Source: Eubacteriales bacterium (lineage in GTDB: Bacteria; Bacillota; Clostridia; Oscillospirales; CAG-272). From it: a stretch of DNA of 64,000 nt. Both the position numbers and the translations under genes were made by a program. The stretch covers positions 129,095 through 193,094 of the forward strand of contig JAZUQQ010000027.1 of assembly GCA_045605765.1 (NCBI GenBank), in the 5' to 3' direction. Numbering within the stretch: position 1 is the stretch's first letter; each line of letters begins with the position of its first letter. Shown in pieces: positions 63,128 to 64,000 of this stretch. The notes under the pieces were generated by a model. It did not search any database, was not told the DNA's origin, and saw only the letters and a list, made by a program, of their open reading frames with translations.

Positions 63128-63164
63128 AGACCCTCGGAACATATTGTTCCGAGGGTCTGTTTTG
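63128..63164. terminator. Bidirectional terminator
   Basis: Perfect 14-bp stem AGACCCTCGGAACA-TAT-TGTTCCGAGGGTCT followed by GTTTTG. Confidence 0.8.
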
Positions 63165-63185
63165 TATCTTTAAACCGATTTAGTA

Positions 63186-63932
63186 TTACCATGCGTTTTG
63201 TATATAAGTCGCCACCATCGCGCTGAAAGTTGCTTTATGCTCGCCCTCGACCGCATAGTAATCTGTGTTTCCGTCACTCATATCGTTCACAGCGATATAA
63301 TAAGCATCTCCGCTCACCCAGATACTGAACGCGTCACTTCTGAAAAGAAGGTCGTCGCTGCAACGCTGTACGTCTATGAGATAATCACAGTTAAGAGATG
63401 TTCCGCTTGGCAAAGCTATCGGCTCTTTATCTATTACCGTAGAGTTTACCGCGTTTATCTCCTTTTCGGAAAACTTGTAATAATTATTTACTCCGTTAAA
63501 ATCATCATCGTAAGTATAGTACGCGTAGCAGTAGCCGTCAAGCTCGCCTCCCGCCTCTATTCTAGCGACTATCTCGTCGTATCTGTCACTGACACAGTAG
63601 ACTATATATCCGCCGCCATTTCCTCCTGCTTCTCCGCCCCAGAGAAAATCTCCGTCAAGGCTTTTGTAGAAGCGTGTTCCGAACTGCTCTGCAAGAAGTA
63701 TCGGGATGTCGGTTTCGGTGATGCTCAGCATATCCACCGTGTTTATCGGCGGAAAAAGCTCTTTACATTCGGGCAGTAGCATATACGTCTTTCCGCCGTA
63801 GCTTATCGAGCCGTCCTCGTTCCAGAAGCCGCGCAGCTCGCGCATCTCGTCTATTGCGTCGCAGGAAGCAAAGGAGAGGCAGAGCATAGTGCAGACCGTT
63901 ATAAGTGCAAAAATCCTTAAAAATCTTTTCAT
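63186..63932 (-). CDS. Hypothetical lipoprotein
   Basis: Signal peptide with lipobox LSFASC and an AAGGGGA RBS. No domain recognised. Confidence 0.55.
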   Translation of the reverse strand: MKRFLRIFALITVCTMLCLSFASCDAIDEMRELRGFWNEDGSISYGGKTYMLLPECKELFPPINTVDMLSITETDIPILLAEQFGTRFYKSLDGDFLWGGEAGGNGGGYIVYCVSDRYDEIVARIEAGGELDGYCYAYYTYDDDFNGVNNYYKFSEKEINAVNSTVIDKEPIALPSGTSLNCDYLIDVQRCSDDLLFRSDAFSIWVSGDAYYIAVNDMSDGNTDYYAVEGEHKATFSAMVATYIQNAW

Positions 63933-64000
63933 AACTGTGTCCCCTTATTCGAGATTAAGCTTATTCTTCATCGTATTCTTGGAAACAAGGAAGAATACCG

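Noticed and set aside
63945-64000. Possible 3' end of another minus-strand gene at the window edge
   Set aside because: Two reading frames end in stops here (63945-63947 or 63961-63963). Fewer than 20 codons are visible, which is too little sequence to call a feature.

Overview
The window reads as a core chromosomal segment of a spore-forming Clostridia-type Firmicute, judged from spoIIE, the rny-ymdB pairing and clostridial-style pur and met genes. It is densely packed with housekeeping genes. On the minus strand, left to right, lie ymdB (partial), rny, a membrane protein, lexA and a CofE-like gene. A plus-strand module follows: ECF sigma, anti-sigma and a vWA lipoprotein. Next is an eight-gene minus-strand purine operon, purE-purF-purM-purN-purO-purH-purD-purL, led by a consensus promoter and a ZTP (pfl) riboswitch. 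After that come rpsF-ssb-rpsR, a heterodimeric ABC exporter, a stand-alone ACP, an amidohydrolase, tRNA(CAT), secG, an M23 peptidase and spoIIE. A minus-strand block holds a SARP regulator, htpG, a PDT-like gene, a BPL-like gene, metF, the MetH activation domain and the metH core. The rest is tRNA-Ser, rpsO-pnp, lgt, an XRE regulator, recX-rimO-pgsA-holA-toprim, nrdR-TSCPD, a phosphohexomutase, a DHQase-like gene, nadE, thiI, alaS, two lipoproteins, an AAC(3)-like acetyltransferase, prs and a 2-hydroxyacid dehydrogenase. I saw no transposase, integrase, phage genes, CRISPR array or rRNA. The most unusual signal is non-coding. A modular repeat, the box AAAGTTTTTGAAAGG plus 12-14 bp perfect hairpins, fills four pur-operon junctions and the leaders of lexA, an ABC exporter gene and nrdR. 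It almost always points the same way as the downstream gene. A related 46-bp module recurs perfectly just after the purH and alaS stop codons. Other points worth a second look are a PurF whose catalytic Cys1 is Gly, degenerate BPL-like and PDT-like proteins, a candidate small RNA next to tRNA-Ser, and two small tandem duplications. All functional calls rest on motif recognition by eye; no searches were run.
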